64,000 bases of DNA. Origin: Entomortierella parvispora E1425. Lineage: Eukaryota > Fungi > Mortierellomycota. Positions 60,056 to 64,000 of this stretch are shown one piece after another; the first letter of the stretch is position 1, and the number at the start of each line of letters is the position of its first letter. The stretch is taken from assembly GCA_020891255.1 (NCBI GenBank), contig BQFW01000011.1:496001-560000 (forward strand), in the 5' to 3' direction. The notes beneath the pieces are model-generated. The model was given only the letters and a program-made list of their open reading frames with translations, was not told the DNA's origin and ran no database searches. The translations under genes were made by a program, and so were the position numbers.

Positions 60056-62897
60056 GATGAACACCTCCTCAAGAGAACGGGGAAACAGTCCATGCACTTT
60101 TCCCACTCCTTCGGGACGAATTGAACTTGGGCAAACGCACAACAATATCACAATATCAGAATATCGCAATACTCCACAATATCTTTGCCAGTGGGGCCAT
60201 TTTCTACCTCTAGGGGAGGAAATGGACCGACCCATACTCTAGGAGTCCATCCAATTGGATAAATAAAAATCTGTGAAAAAGCAAAAAAAAAAAAAAAAGA
60301 GAAAGGACCTACGGCTGCTGTCTTTCCTGTTGGTCTCTACAGCTTAATTCTTGAATTCGCCGCGCTTCCTTCTACTGAACCACAGAAGCGTGGTCTTGTG
60401 CTCCAATAGTTTCCATAGTCATTATCACAATCCCGATGGCACAGGTAGACGGTCATTTAGTGCAGACGGCGAAAAATCATGCAGACGGGGCGCATTGTGT
60501 TTTGTCTTTGTGTCTCTTCGAAGTAGAATCGCATGTCACCTTTCACGATTAGTACAACCACCAAGAGTACATGCTGCAGCGGCGTGCACTCTACTCTTTC
60601 TAGCCATTTGTTTCCTGTCTTCACGGACATCAACGTAGCTGACGGGGAATTGAGCCTGGTCTTTATTTTTGGTTTTGTGGCTCATGCTTTGCACATCCGT
60701 TTTGTCGGTCTGTGCATGTGAGAAGAAACTGGAAACACACACAGTGGATGCCTGGGGCTCGGGCACTTTCATAGAATGATGAAAGAGTGAAAGAAATGAG
60801 CACTTTGCGTGTACACCGGATGTAGTATAATCATTGCATGCTTGCGAAATTTTACTGCTGAAAGAGACAAACGAAAGAGAACATAGGTGAGGCGGTGGAA
60901 GCCATGTGTCGGTGTTGACCTGACTTTATCTTCACCCAACATGTTTACAAAAAAAAAGGCAACATTTGCCACTCCAACCCACCATCGGTGTCCGATTTTC
61001 GATAATTGCTGTTGCACAAGATAAACAAGCAGACACCAAGAACCCTTGTGAAAATGCACCATTTGCAAAGCAGACAAACAAAAACTGAACATGATCGATG
61101 GGCAAAAAAAAACTGACAACCTGCAACAAAAAAAACAACTCCATCAAGTAAGGCAACACAGCCGTTAATGTTATGGAAGTTGAGAACCAAAAGCATCGCG
61201 TTAATTCTAATAGCCCACTCCATTCACTTTTGCAGGCGCCTTTGCCAACAACAAACATCCTCCTGCATTCCCGTGATTAATTTGATTAGACCCTTTCTCC
61301 CCCAAAGCCCAAAGGTTTGGTCTTTCTCTTTACTCGCCCATGTGCATATGTGTCTCCAGGGAGGTGCTCACATTTTTTTTGTACTGTAGAGAAGCGACAG
61401 GGATAGAGAACCGATTAACTGAACATGTGCTGAAAGCCCGCGCCCGCTCCAACCCCTCCCCCACTCTATGAACCTTATCATGCAGGCAACAGATAGAGCT
61501 CTAAAGAGAGGGAGAGGAGGAAGGTGGTCGTCGAGGAGAGGCCCGGCGCCTTGGACACCACCATACCAATGGTCGTTTTCAAGCAATCGGTTTGTCTGTT
61601 GCTTCGGTCCGGAGAAAGTGCTCTTTCGCTCAGCGACTCTGGCCACGCCGAACGGTCCAAGATGACGGGGACTTTTTTTTCTTTTTCTTTAGGAGCGGAG
61701 ATTCGGGCCATTGGAAAGAAAGTGACAAAATTTTATTTGCTCGACCTTCTCCAATGGAGAAATGTGTGGAGGCGGTTTAAAGAGCGATTTCGCAGGCGAG
61801 AGAAGGACGTCCATCATGTGGGAGAGGGGGGCGGAGTCCACAGGGGAGTGACGATCCTATCCTACATGTTCGTTTCTACGTGTGTCTGTGAGTGTGAATG
61901 TGTAAATGGGTGTCAGTCTACTAAAACTACAGTGGTCATTACGCGAACCACAATGCCACAATGCCACAATGGATGAACTGTTTGCTAAGAGTTGTGCTGG
62001 ATAGAGAGAGGAAGGATATCTCGGAGCATCAAAGTGACCATTGGGATAGAGATGTGGAGGGGGTGGGGTCCATGACAATCCGAATGAGTAATGGATTGGA
62101 TAAAGTGTCGTGTTGGTTCGTGGTTATGGAGGGCAATCGGTTTTTGGGTTTATCACCAACAGCTAACCCACAAGGGAAGGGGAGGTTCTCTGGCGCCCAA
62201 TGCTTGATTTTTAGCGTCTACTCTTGAGCACCATTGCAGTCTATCGCAAGTCTGGAATCAGACGAGTGTGGGTTGAGGAGCATTTGGGCACGAGTCATGG
62301 AGGGAGGAGAAACAAGCAAGGTATGCACTTTTAAGTAAACGGGTCTCTGTCTGTTGAGCCTTCCGTGCACGAGCAGGCGACAATGGAGAAATTTCATGTG
62401 GCGGAGGGAGCTGCGAGGTCGGATTTCTGTGACATGTCTGGACTGTTGCAGATAGAGAGGGGGGGATCGCAGTCTTCATGGGATGAGCAAGAGACAAGGT
62501 TGGAATTGCAAGAGGGGTAAAAAGGTGGAGGAGAGGGCCAGTGGAGAGCGTAAAGTGTCGTCTGTGAGGATGACACCGCTGCGCGCACGCTTGTATGTAG
62601 CGATTCAATGCGATTCAATTGGATCCAACTGCGAATCAAGGTTGAGTGGACTGCCAGAAGGGCTGTCTCCAACTCTTCAAGGTTGTGTGCTTAGAAGGAA
62701 GTCGCAATCACATAAAAAGGAAACCTCCCCTCCATGCTTTTCTTTTTTTTTCTTCACTCTCAAGTCCTTCTTCCACACCCACCCTCCCCTCCAAATTACA
62801 ACCCACGCCTCCTTCGAGCACGCCCGTCCAGTTGCAAACTATACCCAAAGTCTTTTCTCTCTCTACCTTCAACGAAAAACACTCTCCCATTACAATC

Positions 62898-64000
62898 ATG
62901 ACCTCCACCTACGTCAAGCCCGTTCTCCCCACCGAGGGCCGCCTCGGCCATTTGACCCCCGAGCAGACCGAGAAGCTCCAGCAGTTCTGGGTCCGTCTCT
63001 ACGATATCTTTGACGGCAAGACTCAGTTCGATCAGACCGCCCCTTCCTCCTTCAAGGGCCAGGCTCGCGATGAGGACACCCCTGCCCCTGCCCCTGCCAA
63101 GTCCGGCTGGTTCGGACGTAGCAAGTCCACCGAGACTGCCTCGGAGAAGACCGTTGCTGCCCCTGCTCCCCGCTTCACCGGCGCCGAGCTCCAGAAGACC
63201 TTCTGGAAGTTGACCATGATGGATCACCCCGACTTGATTCTCCTCAAGGTACTTTTTATTTCTTCACTGCTATGGATGGATCAGACAAAAGACCAACGGA
63301 AAAGAAAGAAAAAATAATGCCGTTGTGCAATAACTTTAAAAGCGTTGAGAGCCATTTTGGACTATGGCCATTCTCCACCACACAGTTGGACTCAACTCTC
63401 TTTTGTCATCATCTTTACTTTCTGCCGACAATAGTTCATTCGTGCCCGCAAGTGGAACTTGGACGATGCCATGAAGATGTTCTTGAATGCCCTCAAGTGG
63501 CGCATTGTCGAGCGTCTGGATGAGCTCGTGGAGTTGTCGGACGTCGAGCTGGATGCCAAGTACCCCAAGTTCATTGAGCAGATGAAGCTTGGCAAGGGTT
63601 ACCTTCGCGGTGCCGATCCCCTCGGCCGCCCCATGTCCGTCGTCAACACTCGTCTTCACCACAAGGCTGATCAACCCGCCGAGACCATCCACCGCTTCAC
63701 CCTTTACACCATGGAGTGTGGTCGCATGGTCTTGCCCCAGGGTGCCGAAACCGTCATTGTCATTTTCGATCTCTCCTCGTTCGGTCTCGACAACATGGAC
63801 TGGGGATTCGTTCGTCTGTTCGTACAGTGCTTCGAGTCCTACTACCCCGAGACCTTGGGCGTTTGTGTCGTCCACAAGGCTCCTTTTGTCTTCTGGGGTC
63901 TCTGGAAGTTGATCCAGCCCCTCTTGGACCCTGTCGTTGCCTCCAAGTTTGTCTTCACCCGCAACAACGCCGAGCTCCACAAGGTCGTCCCCCGTGACCG
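62898..64000 (+). CDS. CRAL-TRIO/Sec14-family lipid transfer protein (Csr1/Sfh2-like), 3'-partial; exons 62898-63248 and 63435->64000
   Basis: GRLGHLTPEQTEKLQQFW, DHPDLILLKFIRARKWNLDDAMKM, GADPLGRP, VIFDLSSFGLDNMDW and YYPETLG...HKAPFVFWGLWKLIQPLLDPVVASK. Confidence 0.92.

Noticed and set aside
1-64000. CRISPR arrays, rRNA genes, intact transposases or reverse transcriptases
   Set aside because: No repeat-spacer arrays, rRNA-like sequence, or DDE/RT/integrase motifs were seen.

Overview
This is eukaryotic (fungal) genomic DNA with short spliceosomal introns. An early-diverging lineage such as Mucoromycota/Mortierellaceae is likely (inference from intron style and from retention of STRAP/UNRIP, Gemin2 and BABAM1-like genes). 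I assembled about 22 protein-coding genes by hand from splice sites and checked that summed exon lengths keep the frame. From left to right: a membrane-anchored hypothetical, STRAP, CWC15, a loop-deleted uS10-like protein, a Zip1/MetR-like bZIP, TFB4, UTP11, Gemin2, a 797-aa unknown, a flavin monooxygenase, a 2-TM low-complexity protein, a promethin-like protein, BABAM1/MERIT40, a chitin deacetylase, a FAR-17a/AIG1-like protein, a 16-Cys mini-protein, a 7TM protein with a huge tail, a PD-(D/E)xK-like protein, a SEL1-repeat protein, a RanBP2-type zinc-finger protein, a single-pass Pro/Thr-rich protein, and a CRAL-TRIO protein cut by the window end. There are also two apparent pseudogenes (GPR1/FUN34/YaaH and promethin-like), one atypical tRNA-Leu-like Pol III gene and several microsatellites. 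The most notable items are the uS10 paralogue lacking its ribosome-binding loop, the tRNA-like gene with a non-canonical anticodon loop, the 16-Cys mini-protein that the ORF track shows only in part, the fungal BABAM1 homologue and the orphan 7TM protein. All family assignments come from recalled motifs; no database searches were run.
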